Shown: one piece after another, positions 1 to 12,568 of the stretch
How positions within the stretch are numbered: the first letter of the stretch is position 1
Layout: every line of letters begins with the position of its first letter
Origin: Laetmonice hystrix
Taxonomy: Eukaryota
NCBI GenBank assembly: GCA_965235115.1
Contig: OZ249436.1
Coordinates: 21,764,001-21,828,000 of the forward strand
Length of the DNA stretch: 64,000 nucleotides
Direction: 5' to 3'
The notes under the pieces: model-generated
Told to the model about the DNA's origin: nothing
Seen by the model: only the letters and a program-made list of their open reading frames with translations
Databases searched by the model: none
Program-made: the position numbers and the translations under genes

Positions 1-72
1 TGCTAACTTAATTAATGTGGGAAGATGTAGATAAACACCATTAACACAATTGCTAGCAAACAAATAGGATAC

Positions 73-208
73 GGGACTTAGTTTTCTGACCATCTTCAAG
101 ATCTTTCCTACGTTGTATCTGTTGTTCCCTACTTTCCTCATAATTTTCTTCGACGAGTTTCATTGGTGTCGTTGCCCGGTTAATCGCTTCGCCTCCCTTC
201 TCCGCCAT
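73..208 (-). CDS. FAM227A: First coding exon of a FAM227A-like gene (rest lies left of the window)
   Basis: caagATGGCG start at 208; reads MAEKGGEAINRATTPMKLVEENYEESREQQIQRRKDLEDGQKTKS. This resembles the recalled FAM227A N-terminus (EVINLTTLPMIPVDEH). It is divergent from CBY1, as in the human locus. Donor is either at 73/72 (GTATCCT) or 91/90 (GTCAGA). Confidence 0.65.
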
Positions 209-460
209 CTTGAAACCACTGTAAATACTGCATTTGGCCGTAACAGCGTAATTTCGAATTATTTATCTTGGGACTAGAAATCCCATATGAAAGTATTCTA
301 TTGGAATAAAATATTTATTTCAAAATATTTATTTGATGTTTATCTGCATTATTGATATAATCTGATCAAATTTAGCGTGACTGTATATACCAAACTTACT
401 AGGGAATCATATACTAAAACGTGGAATTGTTGTTGCTGTGACAGGTGCTCGAGCAGGTTT
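209..460. promoter_or_regulatory. Putative bidirectional promoter of FAM227A-like/CBY1
   Basis: Short spacer between divergent genes; X-box-like GTTGCTGTGACAG at 432-444; candidate non-coding CBY1 exon 1 with a donor near 457. Confidence 0.4.
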
Positions 461-766
461 GTAATAGATCTTCCGTATCTACAATTTTAGGCAACATTCA
501 CACACAGTAATAGTAAATAAGAGGTTGTGAACTACGATATAAATAATATTAGAACCGGTAGAAATGTGTGGTGCGTGCATGTCGAGTAAGCCCGCCGTAC
601 AGTGTCAAGCTCTGTCACGTCTTTGCCCGACTCCGACTGACCGCCGTACTGCCACTGGCTCCCCCCATACCCACTGAGACTCCCCCATGGCCATGCCATG
701 GCATGATGACCCATCCATACGCCGGCAGAATAACCACTGCCTTAACTGCTGACGATACATGTGTCA

Positions 767-954
767 CAGTGGTGTTGACTTTTTTTCCGCATCTGGGAGC
801 CCAGACTTAGGGCAGTAGAGAATCCAGTAGCCCGACGTATTCAGGCAGGCCTAAAGCTAAAGTATATAATGACAACCTGAACATTTATCCAGTAGCCCGA
901 CTGGAGAATTCAGTAGCCCCGGCGGCCCCGGGCAATAGAAAGTCAACACTACTG
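767..954. mobile_element. MITE with CAGTGGTGTTGACTTT TIRs and 5-bp TSD
   Basis: CAGTGGTGTTGACTTT ... AAAGTCAACACTACTG, flanked by TGTCA at 762-766 and 955-959. Confidence 0.8.
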
Positions 955-1236
955 TGTCATGATACGATACATGACATACGATACGTATCACGATATTTCT
1001 CAATGAAACTAAAAGTGTACTATCTATGCTGAAAATGAAAAAGAATATAACGCATGCGGCATGTTTATATTTCAAGAAGTGCAAGAAAAAAGCACTGATG
1101 CGTGGCATATGAAGTGACATGCATGCCAACCCGAAACCGGGAATTTTTTTATTTTTTTTTGGGGGGGGCCTTAGAAAGGGCAAGCAGTGCGTTATATCTT
1201 TACATAGCCTTCAGGTTTTTCTTCAAGAATATAAAG

Positions 1237-1592
1237 CAGGGGTGTAAATTAACGCTCACCCGTGGCGAGTTAAACCTCTGTTGGGCGACCTTGTCTGACC
1301 ATTCAGGTCGCCCTGCTGGCGATTTGTCTAAAATTATTGGGCAAGTGATTTTTTCCGGCAATCGCCTTCCCCCACAATGGCAGTCGTCATGATACTACCG
1401 GGCAGAGAACTTAGAATGTTCAGTAGGTTCTAAGTTCTCCAGTTGCCCAATTCCAGACCTTCTAGAGCCACAAGGTAGCACCTTCGACTGTACAGATTTC
1501 TGTGGGTTGAATGGCCGGGCAGTGGTCACGTGGAGGGCGAGTAACCCTTCACCTGAACTCGCCCTGCTGGCTAGTTCATTTACAGCAGGGCT
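1237..1592. mobile_element. Non-autonomous TIR element; a second copy of its right end lies at ~45560-45900
   Basis: Imperfect inverted ends (TGTAAATTAAC..GGCGAGT / ACTCGCC..GTTCATTTACA); 1531-1595 recurs in an SGSM3 intron. Confidence 0.55.
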
Positions 1593-2885
1593 AGTATTCT
1601 ACCCCGATTCATTTTTCGAATCGGATACTGCAGTCGGGGGCAGCCAGGAACCATGGTTACCGACTAGAGTTGGAAAAAATCGGGAAAGTGTATGGCAGGC
1701 TTTACCCCTTTATAGTAACGTAAAGCTCACCCAGCCACTGTTCTGACATCTGCTGCTGCAGTGCTGCATGACAGGACAAGGGATGCTGTGGTAGTCCAGG
1801 AACCTAGACCCTGTTATCGGTCCTGGGAAAACCATCTCAGTCAACACTCGCTAATAAATAATATCAAATAAATTTGACTAATCTCTGCCAGGCAAGGATG
1901 CCTGCACCAACATTCACTGCTGAGGAATGTGTCGTCCCGCTCAGCCCGGTATACAGGTTGGAGTGGAATTGTAAGGGAGACTAGCCTCAGCAAGTGGGGA
2001 CGACACAATAATGGAGGGGGAATGATAACTGGAACAGTGTGTGTATGAAGGAATAATTTACTGGTAGAACTTGCGAGAGGTTGATGTGAAATAGCCAGTA
2101 ATATAGGAGACTGTCAACAAATGAGGGAATAGAACTTACCGGAGAAGTGGAGTGGCTGATGTGGATGGTGAGGTTCTCCTGGCTATCTTGTAGGGTGGCT
2201 ATAAGGCGTCAAGGTGTCTAGGTATAGGTCCATCTCTCTCTCTCTGTGTCTGTCTATCGGATAGGATTTTGTGGGACTTATATACCGTGGGCACAGCTCA
2301 TAGTCAAGTATGAACCATGCCTGCACCCACCTTCTGCCCATGGTGAGAGGGAGTGGTTTTTCCTACAACATACCCTAATAATATCTGGTGGTGCAAAGGG
2401 AGGACCAGCAGCAAACCCCCAAACTACGTGGGACGTCAGAGATGACCACTGGTCAGTCGATGTCCCCACCACACAAGGCCTGGGATAGGTGTTAGGGGAC
2501 CAGGGATCTCATGCTGGAGATTTTCCGTTGTGCCACCATATCTCCACTCCACATCCTCCTAAGATTAAAATAGGTATAAACAGAAGACGCTCCTGTGGTA
2601 TAATGCAGGTTCTACCACTCCTAGCCGTGCACATATTTCTGACCTGTGTGTGGCCTCTGCACACCACTTCCAAAATAAGACCACGTCTGCAGCAAAAATA
2701 TGAGAATACACTTGATGAATGCCAGCACAAGCCATTTGTTGCTGAGGGATCCCCCGACTAACCATTTGCTGCTGAGTGATGCCCTTACCAGCCATTCACT
2801 GGGTGGGGAAATACCATCATCAATGACGAAAGAGACTTTTAAAATCACAATATTGACCTTCCACTCATTTATTTTCCAGATAACC

Positions 2886-4138
2886 ATGCCACTATTTGGG
2901 AACAAATTTAGCCCCAAAAAAGGTTTACCACGCAAGTCTACATCTCTCTCTAATCTTAATCTTGACGTCAGTGAACGCCGAGAAGAATTTGGTCTTGATT
3001 ATGGACCTATTAAGCTGAAACTTGGACCAAATGAAATCACTTTTGACAATGGACAGTGGATAGCAGGTAGCTATTTTTGTAGCAGAATCCTTACCAAAAT
3101 GCGAGTTGCTAATTTTTGGACTAATAAATTTTTTGATGTAATAACTTTAGGTTGTGTAAGTTGTGTTGTGCTAAATTTTGTGCAAATCTTTGTAGTGTTT
3201 TCACCTTATACTTAAGTCTCTAATGTTAAAAAGGCATTTTAAGGCTCCAATTTTAGAAATGATATTGAAAAAAATCTGAAATATACATATACAAATTCAC
3301 AGATATCCCTTTTGTGTTGTCTACATAGTGCATTCATGATGTTATGTCATTTGCACATGCAGAAAGTATGGGAGGAAGTCAGCGTGAGGTTGTGCATATG
3401 AAGAAACAAAACCACCAATTAACAGAGGAGAACAATTTGTTAAAACTAAAAGTGGAGCTGCTGCTTGATATGGTGAGTGGTGACATACCATGGAGATACG
3501 GCAAAAAAATATAACTAACAGAACCAAAGGATTGTTGGTTTTTTTTGCCCCCCAAAAGAGGCATATTGATAATGTTATGGAATGTATTGACTGTATTTGC
3601 AGCAGTTACTTAAAGGTAAACTCTATTGAATTCGGTTTCCACGTCGGACTGCAGCGATGGCCCAATGTCACGTACCCGTTCTAAAAATTGAACGCCCCGT
3701 TCCCACGACCTGTCACAGCCCTTCGTACAGCGGCCCCCCCACCCCCACCCCCCCACCCCCACCCCAGTCGCTCGCTCTCAGGGTGGGAACAGTTCGTTCA
3801 ATTATTAGAACTGAATTCAATAGAGTTTACCTTCAACATCTTACAAATACACATATTTGAACAAGTTGTATTCTGTATGTATCTTCTCTATTTAAAACTA
3901 CTCTGCGGAGATAGTATCTGATAGAAGTGATAGATATTTAGGCGGTATCTGAAAAAGACAAGAAGGTGAGCATATTTAAATGGTTATGTATGTTTGCTAC
4001 AAGGAAGATGATTTAAGCTTAAAGTGGAAGAGGCATAACATGTGTTCTTTTATATTTCAGCTGGCGCAATCGACTGCCGAAGTGCATCTTCAGGAGAATG
4101 AAATTGAACAGTTGAAACGACTTTCTAAAAAGAAATGA
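2886..4138 (+). CDS. CBY1: Protein chibby homolog; coding exons 2886-3066, 3363-3472, 4061-4138 (122 aa)
   Basis: MPLFGNKFSPKKGLPRKSTSLSNL...FDNGQWIAE...LTEENNLLKLKVELLLDMLAQSTAEVHLQENEI is the characteristic Chibby sequence. All introns are GT-AG and in frame; AATAAA at 4574-4579. Confidence 0.96.
3614..3832. mobile_element. Kolobok-type MITE in a CBY1 intron
   Basis: TIR AGGTAAACTCTATTGAATTC / GAATTCAATAGAGTTTACCT; TTAA on the left, TCAA on the right. Confidence 0.75.
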
Positions 4139-5541
4139 AACTCTACATTGAAGTGCGTGAAAGATGTTTTCACTCATCTTCCATTTATAAATAATGACAG
4201 TCTGGGTCTGACAGTCTGGCACATATTTCATCATGCTGTCCACTTTAGAATTTCCGTATGCATGTACATGTACTTCTGATGTGGAAGAATTCATAATGGT
4301 TAACGAAGTGTTTTATTATTTCACCTCATGAAGATGGTTTCAGGAAAAGCTAGTGTCTTACGAGTTGTGCCAAGCTCTCTCAGGAGCAAGGTTAAAATAG
4401 ACCTAATGGTGCTATGGAGAGTTCTGTGTTATCTTGTATGTCATTTCATTCCTGGCGTAATAACTTGTGATAATCTTCTTCAGCTTGCACCATGGGTCTA
4501 TACCGCCGAATTTTATCGGTCAAGTCTCCGTCCAACTATATATTAGATGACAATGTAGAGTTGTTTTATTTGTAATAAAAATGAGAAATCATCGAAACGC
4601 TGCATATTACGGTATGTTTATCGACTACCAGCACAAACGGTAATCTTTCGCCAAAAGCAAAGTACTGTACAGTTGTCACTGGGTGTTCCAGTCATCATTA
4701 ATAACAGACGTATAGGAGGAGGGATGTTCTCTTGTTTGTGTGGCTCTAAACTAGGGGTTGAGCCGCCGGCGTAGTGACGTACGCTTCGTACAAGGTATAA
4801 CGTCTAAGTGGATGTCAGTTTAAGCCCAATCCTGGTGAAAGCGTTACACTTTCGAGCCTAAGCCACCAACAAAGAAAAGGGAGGTTTGTGGGACAACGGG
4901 CGGAGAGCGGTTCCCTGGTGTGTGTCTACATCTAAAGGCTTACTGAGGGATACCTGAATACATGTACATGTACAAGGATCACACATGAAGGGCATATATA
5001 TGCTAAATGGTATACATTGATTGAAGAAAACATAACATAAAAAATAAGGGGCGGCTCGGGGGGGGGGGGGGGGGGTTTCAATAAGCGGGTCAGTCCAACC
5101 GAGCGACAGACCATACGTTTCCCATTTTGTTCCATTTTGTTGCCAAAATGGCCGGTTGCCCGTCGGACGGTCCGATGCGCTAATTGAAACACCCCCAGGA
5201 ATGTTGGGTATAGGAACGAGGGTGAGATCGCATGGCACGCCTCCTAAATGTGTCTATTCTTGCGACAGATCAACCCCACCACCACACACACACACACACA
5301 CACCTCCGTTAAAGCTGAATGACCATCATTTCCGTGGGGTCCCTTCCCAATCCCGCAGCCCCCCCCCCCCCCCCCCCATCATTACCTGGCTCTCTTGACG
5401 CCCTCCACTCCAGTCAGGGCGGGGAAGACATTTGTCTGACGGGGTAGGCTCGATCCATTTTTCTCAAATAATCTCCCCCCCCCCTTTTTATATAAAAGAA
5501 ATGCCCCTCCGTGATCGGTGCAAATCCGTTGAAGTAGGGGT

Positions 5542-5703
5542 CAGTGGCGTATCCAGGTTTGGAGGGGGTACCCCCCCCCCTCGCCCTGGCAATAACCTGA
5601 TAACATGGAAATTTGATCATTTGCAACGTTTGGACCCCCCCCCCCCCCCGACTAATCTTTTGGAACCCCCCGCCCCCTCAAACCAATCCTGGATACGCCA
5701 CTG
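5542..5703. mobile_element. GC-rich MITE (CAGTGGCGTATCCAGG TIR, poly-C tracts)
   Basis: CAGTGGCGTATCCAGG ... CCTGGATACGCCACTG; similar style to 12569-12812, 32249-32513 and 54760-54947. Confidence 0.75.
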
Positions 5704-6287
5704 GTGGGGGTAAAATTTCTCCAAATTCGTCAAAACTCGCTAGCGTATGGTTGGAAATCATTCCAGTATAACATAAAAAATAAGATCTCCAAAATGCATC
5801 CGCGATTGCACCATTTTAAACATGAAATTGTCAAAGGTTTCGCCGCGGGAGGGACCACCCTCCCCAAGTTGCGCCACAAAAGTCCAGGCTTTTTCTCCTT
5901 GACCTGAATCACACCCTGTTACGGCATATAGGCTATTGTCGCCGCGTGCATATTTTGTCGCCGGCGACAATATATGACAATGTTCATGGCATATAATATT
6001 ATTGTTGCCGGCACATAATGTCGCCGGCATATATATTGTCGCCAGCGACAATATGTGCAGATAAATACGGCACATATTGTCGCTGCGCAATTTGCTAATA
6101 GGGTGTTTGCAATGGGTAGGGTTCACTAGTCCGAGGGTTCACTAGTCCGAAGTTTGACTGTGTCGTCCCATATAGCAGAACAGGGACTGACATCACGGGT
6201 CGTTAAAACTATACATTTGTACCTCCAATGCGAACTCACCGCTGTGTAGAGGTCTACAATTCGTCGTGAATCATGCCGTTTGATCAA

Positions 6288-6720
6288 CCCTGATAAAACA
6301 CACACGCTGGTACAACTTTGGGCCAACGTCAACAGCTACGTTGGGCCACCGTCAGATGCCAACATTGGACCCAGGTCATTTTGCTCATTGGGCCCATGTT
6401 GGGCCACCAGTTGGGCGAACGTTGAAACAGGCCATTGGCCCAACGTCAGACCAACGTGCTTACAAACGTTGAGCCAACGTCAGATGCCCGACGTTGGACC
6501 AACGACATTTTGCTCATTGGGCCCATGCTGGGCCACCAGTTGGGCGAACGTTGAAACAGGCCATTGGCCCAACGTCAGACCAACGTGTTTACAAACACTA
6601 TTACGTCTAATACCAATGCTGGGCCAACGTCAGATGCCCGACGTTAGAGCAACGACATTTTGCTCATTGGGCCCACGTTGGGCCATCAGTTGGGCCAACT
6701 TTTGGCACGACCTTGCTGGG
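6288..6720. repeat. Repeat built from TTGGGCCAACGT palindromic motifs (~120-bp internal duplication), CCC...GGG ends
   Basis: TTGCTCATTGGGCCCA recurs at ~6381, ~6500 and ~6660. Explains the repetitive ORF 6280-6759. Confidence 0.7.
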
Positions 6721-7035
6721 TTCCCACAAGGACACTCCAGCCCCAGCCAATTTAAATAGACTCCCAAATAAAATCCTGGCTCAGGCAGAACCATTGCGTG
6801 GGTACGCTATAGTATCTCCTGTGCCAGTTAAGCACTGATGCGTAACACCTAAACCCCGGTCCTCACTATTGATGTTTCCTGTCGGAAATCCAAATTGGTG
6901 TTTTCTATATTGGGTTGTTTAAAAACAAAATATAATCTCTACGTCCCTATCATGTTCTTTTCACAAACAAAGAACAAATAAAGCTTAATTTTACACAATG
7001 AATAGCTGTTCTTATATTACGTGCGAATGACTTAA

Positions 7036-7575
7036 AGGGGCATGCTATGAAACACGTTTTTGAGGATTTCCGGCAATTATCCAACATGACCGTGTACTAG
7101 GGATCCAAGTAAATAATCCTACCACAGCATGTTGTCCTCCGACGTGTTTTCGCTGCGTATGCAGCACAAGTAGGTTCTATACGACCAAACCTATAGATTT
7201 CTCCCGATAGCACATCTCCCGCCATAATTTGGCGGACAACCCCCCCCCCCCCCCCCCCATCAACCCGTGTAATTGCATACTGCGTCACATCCTGTGTGTG
7301 CACGCTCTGCATGTGCTTAGTCACGTGCTTTGTTTAGTTGTAAACAATTCAGCAGTGGCACCCGATCGCCCGGCATCAGAATGCCACCCAAAAATATTTT
7401 GCGAAACCGGCAGAGAAGCGGGCAAGGGAGCTTAATAAACTTCGATTTCTCACGCAAAATGAAACTGATAAGTCTGTCTTTGTTTACTAAGCAATTTTAA
7501 TGAAGGATCTCTTCATGAAAACAGCAAAAGTTCTATGAAATACCGATTTTTAACGTTTCCTCATAATATGCCCCT
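7036..7575. mobile_element. Kolobok-type MITE
   Basis: TTAA|AGGGGCATGCTATGA ... TCATAATATGCCCCT|TTAA. Confidence 0.8.
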
Positions 7576-7659
7576 TTAAAGTCGCTAAAAGCTAACCTGG
7601 ACTGTATTTGAGACAGGCTGTAGTCAATCTCACTGATAACAGCGCTAGGTACAGAAGAA

Positions 7660-8610
7660 TTCCAACGTTGGGCCAACATTGGTGTTCCAACTGGGTTCCA
7701 ACAAAGAGGGTGGCAATAGTACTGACTTAATGCAACAAATTGGGCCAACGTGGGTATTCCAAGCGGGTTCCAACAAACAGGGTGGCAATAGTACTGACTA
7801 AATACCAACATTGGGTCAACGTGTGTGTTCCAACCGGGTCCCAACTCCAAAACTGGCGACAGTGCTAAACAAATACCAACGTTGGGCCAACATGGATGTT
7901 CCAACCGGGTCCCAACTCCAAAGCTGGCGACAGTGCCGACCAAATGCCAACGTTGGGTCAACATTGGTGTTCCAACCGGGTTCCAACAAAGAGGCTGACG
8001 GCAGTGCTGACTAAATAACAACGTTGGGCCAACGTGGGTGTTCCAACCGGGTCCCAACTCTAAGGCTAACGACAGTGCTGACTAAATGCCAACGTTGGGC
8101 CAACATGGATGTTCAAACTGGGTTCCAACAAAGAGTGTGGCAATAGTGCTGACTAAATGCCAACATTGGACCAACGTGGGTGTTCCAACCGGGTTCCAAC
8201 AAAGAGGGTGGTGACAGTGCTGACCAAATTCCAACGTTGGACCAACATGGATGTTCCAACCGGGTTCCAACAAAGAGGGTGGCGATAGTACTGACTAAAT
8301 ACCAAAATTGGGTCAACGTGTGTGTTCCAACCGGGTCCCAACTCCAAAGCTGGGTTCCAACAAGAAAGGTGGCGACAGTGTTGACTAAATTCCAACGTTG
8401 GGCCAACATGGGTGTTCCAACCGGGTCTTAACTCTAAGGCTGGCGACAGTGCTGAATAAATACCAACATTGGGCCAACATGGGTGTTCCACTCGGGTTCC
8501 AACAAAGAGGGTGGCAATAGTACTTACTAAATGCTAACATTGGGCCAACGTGACGGGTTCCAACCGGGTTCTAACAAAGAAGGTGGCGACAGCGTTGACT
8601 AAATACCAAC
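7660..8610. repeat. 71-bp minisatellite, ~13 diverged copies
   Basis: Unit CCAACGTTGGGCCAACRTGGGTGTTCCAACCGGGTTCCAACAAAGAGGGTGGCGACAGTGCTGACTAAAT; unit starts at 7805, 7876, 7947, etc. Confidence 0.9.
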
Positions 8611-10705
8611 CCTCGAGGGTTAGGTCAATTAACGCTACTTGCAAACTGCGCAGATTGACAAGTTGAGTACAACGCCACCTAGGCCAACTTCCGGGTTTTT
8701 GGATGTGGTTTCTGAATGTCAATGTTTCGCAATCCATGGGGCACATTTTAACTTGGTGGCCCGTTTTAGACACTTTCCCCCTACAATTATTGTGCCTGCC
8801 TGTCCGCCACTCCACCCTCCCTCTCTTCCAGACACTTCTCTTCCACAATGATCACCGACAACAGTAACCGGCGCCGGTGACAATATATGCCAATGTCCAT
8901 GGCACATATTGTCGCCGGTGCAGTCCGCTACATGTATACCAATGCTACCAGCACATTGTCGCCGGCGACAATATGTGCACTAATGGGCGGCAATATAGCC
9001 TGTGCCATGAAGGTTGTCATATATTGTCGCCGTAATATTGTAATATTATATGCACGGCAACATTATATGCTGTAACACGGTGCTAGAAAATCGGGATATA
9101 GGCCTATATGTATTATCTCCCACTGCCTTTGAATGGTAAACATTTTTTAAACACGTTTTTGGTGCAATAATTGCAAGCCACACAGGGTAAATCACTAGGC
9201 ATAATCTGCCAGAACATGCATGCGTTTGCGTTTACAATTATAGTAACTGTGGTTCAATTCCCTATATATCATCAGAATATCATCTATATATCAATCCGTC
9301 ACCGTTAATCCGGGCGACAACCTCCTGGATGGAGCAGCTTAAGTATCGGCCCTTTCCGCCTTCATTATGCCACGTGAGATAAGCTTTGAGCTTTGTCACA
9401 GAGGTATCAGTCATCCTGATGAAAAAAAAATCCAATAAATAAACAAATAGCAATGTTTCTGTTAGTGCCCTATAGGGGAGACTGCACATGTGGATTGTAT
9501 CTGATTATCGTTACAGACGAGCGTTGTTGCTATGGAGGCAACAAGTGTATGCTTTTACGATTAGTAAACCCTGGACGCGCGGTATATTATGGTCGGGACC
9601 GTGCACTGACGGCAACCCATTGGCATTGGCCTTGCACGCTATATGCATCGATCGGCTTTGACCATCGCCCCCATCGATGTAGGCCTCCCTACATAATTCT
9701 ATGAGGTGGGAGAGGTGAGACGCCTTACATGTTCCATCAGGTCCCAACTGCAGTCAGGACCGGAGTGGTGAAGTTATAGGTCTACAGCTAGCGCTCCACA
9801 TTTCAAGTCGGGATACCTATTCAAGTCAGCTCCTATAGTGCAAACTCCGGGACGGATTATATGTGATGATACGAAAACGATGTTAGCATCAACTGTGGAA
9901 TACATGCCATGTTGTAGCACGGAATACAAAACGTTAATTTTGTCAGATTTCTTTGAATTATTTGTCTAGAGCAAAGACGTATGGCCGACTGATGTTTTAT
10001 TGGCACCGGGAAAGCAGGTGAGTGAATTGAGAGAGACGGGACCGCTGTATACACTAAGTAAGCTTACTTATAAACGCTTTTTCACACCTGTCATTCACCA
10101 TGATGTATGCTACTGCATGGCAACGGGCATTTTCACTGGGGCTGCTGTGGGCCTAGTATAGGCCCCCTACAGGGCGGATGAAGGTCTGTTATGATCTCAT
10201 CTGATACGTTATCCTATATCTGATGATATTATAATACTACGGGTAAATTGCAATAATGTTTGCATTCGATTTTTATATTAACATTATACAATGTATAATA
10301 AAACCTCAGACATCTGAAAAGGATAATCAAATCACAAAATGCTATCACGGTGGCCAAACCCCATTTATATGTAGGCCTACACTAGTCTTTCAAATTTGAT
10401 GGCACGCTTCCAAAGCTAATATACATGCATTAGTCGACACATATTTGTAATGCATGGACTATCATTCATGCAGTTCAAAGGCGCCATTCTGTCAGCCTGC
10501 ATTTTGATCACTATAATGATAGAGGTCTATTGCCGTTTTCAGGTGCTTTGACTGAGATAGGAACAGTCCCATGACATGGTAAAACATCGCCAGCCGAATG
10601 GGACAGATCCACGCCACCATCTGAATCCGGACGCAAACCAGGTGACAGCTTCTTCAGAAATATTGTCAAGGTTGCCCCTGTCCCTTTGAACCCTCATCTA
10701 AGGCC

Positions 10706-11623
10706 ATGGCGCAGAAAAAGACAGTAGGATTTGGCACAACTATTTTGCGTAAAACTGTCTTTTTCAACACAATGGTTGGACCTGACGATGTTCACAGCCA
10801 GACAAAGCCAAGAGCGTGGCTTGTTTTGTTAACCTCAATGTCATGTTCACTGGCATTGGGAACTGGGATGATTTACTACGGAACTAAACAGAACTTACGA
10901 GATATCACTGTTGTAGGTTCGGGTGCAATCTTCTGCGCAGCGTTGTTGTTTCTTTTTGCCAGTGTTCTTTTCGCGAGGGACAGGTATTACTCCTGCCGCC
11001 AGCCGTCAATAATAAATGAGCAATCAAACATCAAACGAGAAACTGTGAAATCTGATGACCAATCGGACAGGCCGCAAGAAGGATCTCAATATGTTGTGCA
11101 GCCATCAGACACTATTCCACCAGCAATTCAAAGCATTTCAAACAGCTCGTTCAGTAAAAACATTGACGAGGAGTTGGGAGTTGTGAACTCGAGCCGTTCC
11201 GGGTTGTACCGGAAAGTCACTTCAGCAGGAGAGCGGAGTGAAGGGGTTGTTACAGTGACTGAGCTATCTCTCCGTGAAGCCTCGCCGTGTGACTCAACCG
11301 AACACAGCCAGCCGCCAGTTCACATGACAGATAATTTTGCCTTCGAGGTGAATGAAAACGTATTTGACGAGGAACCTGTTTACAAAAAGCCACTGGAGGT
11401 AAGCGTGGCACCCAAGGACAGGCGGGTCGACTCGACAGGAGATCTCCGAGGGGAGAGCAGCCCCCAGAGCATGAAGTCGGCGACCTCAGGACCAAGGAGT
11501 AGATCTCATACTCCCGATCTGGAATCGACACAGAGAGGGACCTCTCTCAGAGACATGTACTCACTCAGAGGCCAAGATGTGGATACCAGAGACAGTAACA
11601 TAACGAACAGCAGTGAGCTTTAA
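10706..11623 (+). CDS. Uncharacterised 305-aa membrane protein: two N-terminal hydrophobic helices plus a long Ser-rich tail
   Basis: 918-bp ORF with strong Kozak context (gccATGG) and an upstream acceptor (ttttcag at ~10542). Hydrophobic stretches AWLVLLTSMSCSLALGTGMIYYG and ITVVGSGAIFCAALLFLFASVLFA. Confidence 0.8.
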   Translation: MAQKKTVGFGTTILRKTVFFNTMVGPDDVHSQTKPRAWLVLLTSMSCSLALGTGMIYYGTKQNLRDITVVGSGAIFCAALLFLFASVLFARDRYYSCRQPSIINEQSNIKRETVKSDDQSDRPQEGSQYVVQPSDTIPPAIQSISNSSFSKNIDEELGVVNSSRSGLYRKVTSAGERSEGVVTVTELSLREASPCDSTEHSQPPVHMTDNFAFEVNENVFDEEPVYKKPLEVSVAPKDRRVDSTGDLRGESSPQSMKSATSGPRSRSHTPDLESTQRGTSLRDMYSLRGQDVDTRDSNITNSSEL

Positions 11624-12568
11624 GAATGACGGGGAAGGCGCTTAAAATTAATTCACGTTACTGTCGAAATGGTCGTAAGCATGCAGTGTTGGTCTATAGG
11701 CTATATATAGGCCTAGGTGTCACATAGGTATCATAGCTAGAATGCGTGGTGCGATTAGAGTACCTATATAGACTACATGCATGGATGCACAGCCAGAAGA
11801 CCGAGAATTTCAATAAAGGCGTCATAGTAGTCGGGGATCCAGACACCCAAAATTTGAGAGGACCTGACATGGCTTGCTATACTTTTTGTTTGTGTTTTTT
11901 CTATTAAATTGGTCATTAAGGTCCACTGAATGAGAGGTCTGCTCTGCTGGAAACCTTGCGAAAAAAAATTGTGGCCATTTTTGTATATGCGCCCTTTGTT
12001 TTTTTAGGGAAAAATGTGAAATATGTATTTTTTATTAGAATCTATGGTGGGTTGTGCAGGCTGTCAATAAATGCATCCCAGATACACAGAACACATGTGT
12101 TGACAACATTAAGTTCAGAAATTCACTTACAAAACCTTTCCAAATGATTTAGCATCATTTTTATGCAAAAGCGCCCCTGATTTTTTGGCATTTTTTCATT
12201 ATCTTCATCTTTACTTCATTATTAATCAAATATAAACCCTAAGTTATGACATAAGGCAATGTGTTATTCTTTTCAGCAAACATTATAGTCATTCCACAGT
12301 AAACATTTTGAAAATCAAACCAAAATCAGTGGATCTGTGGCGATTTCATTAACCCTACCCCCCAAACTGCAAATTGTGTCCGAGACATCAATGTATTTGA
12401 TTTGACTACTATTTCGTTTTATAGGCTATTAACAGAGGCATCCTTGGGGCTTCCAGTTATTTTCTACTTAATTTCCAGATGTTTCAGGTTAAAGACAGGG
12501 ACCAAAAGACTTACTATTACCCTTACTCCCAGAGATTCCACGTATATTTATATCAATTTAGCATCATG

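Larger units (their letters stand above)
5912..9082. mobile_element. TIR element with palindromic subterminal repeats (ATTGTCGCCGGCGACAAT), hosting nested insertions
   Basis: Left end CACCCTGTTACGGCATATA; right end TATATGCTGTAACACGGTG. The motif is repeated at 5930-6085 and 8865-9035. No clear TSD. Confidence 0.55.

Noticed and set aside
2700..3215. 171-aa single ORF as the CBY1 protein
   Set aside because: It includes intronic sequence on both sides; the true coding exon is 2886-3066.
7660..8610. CRISPR-like array of palindromic repeats, and repetitive ORFs 7533-8491
   Set aside because: The whole 71-bp unit is repeated with no unique spacers, there are no cas genes and the context is eukaryotic. 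The ORFs are by-products of the minisatellite.
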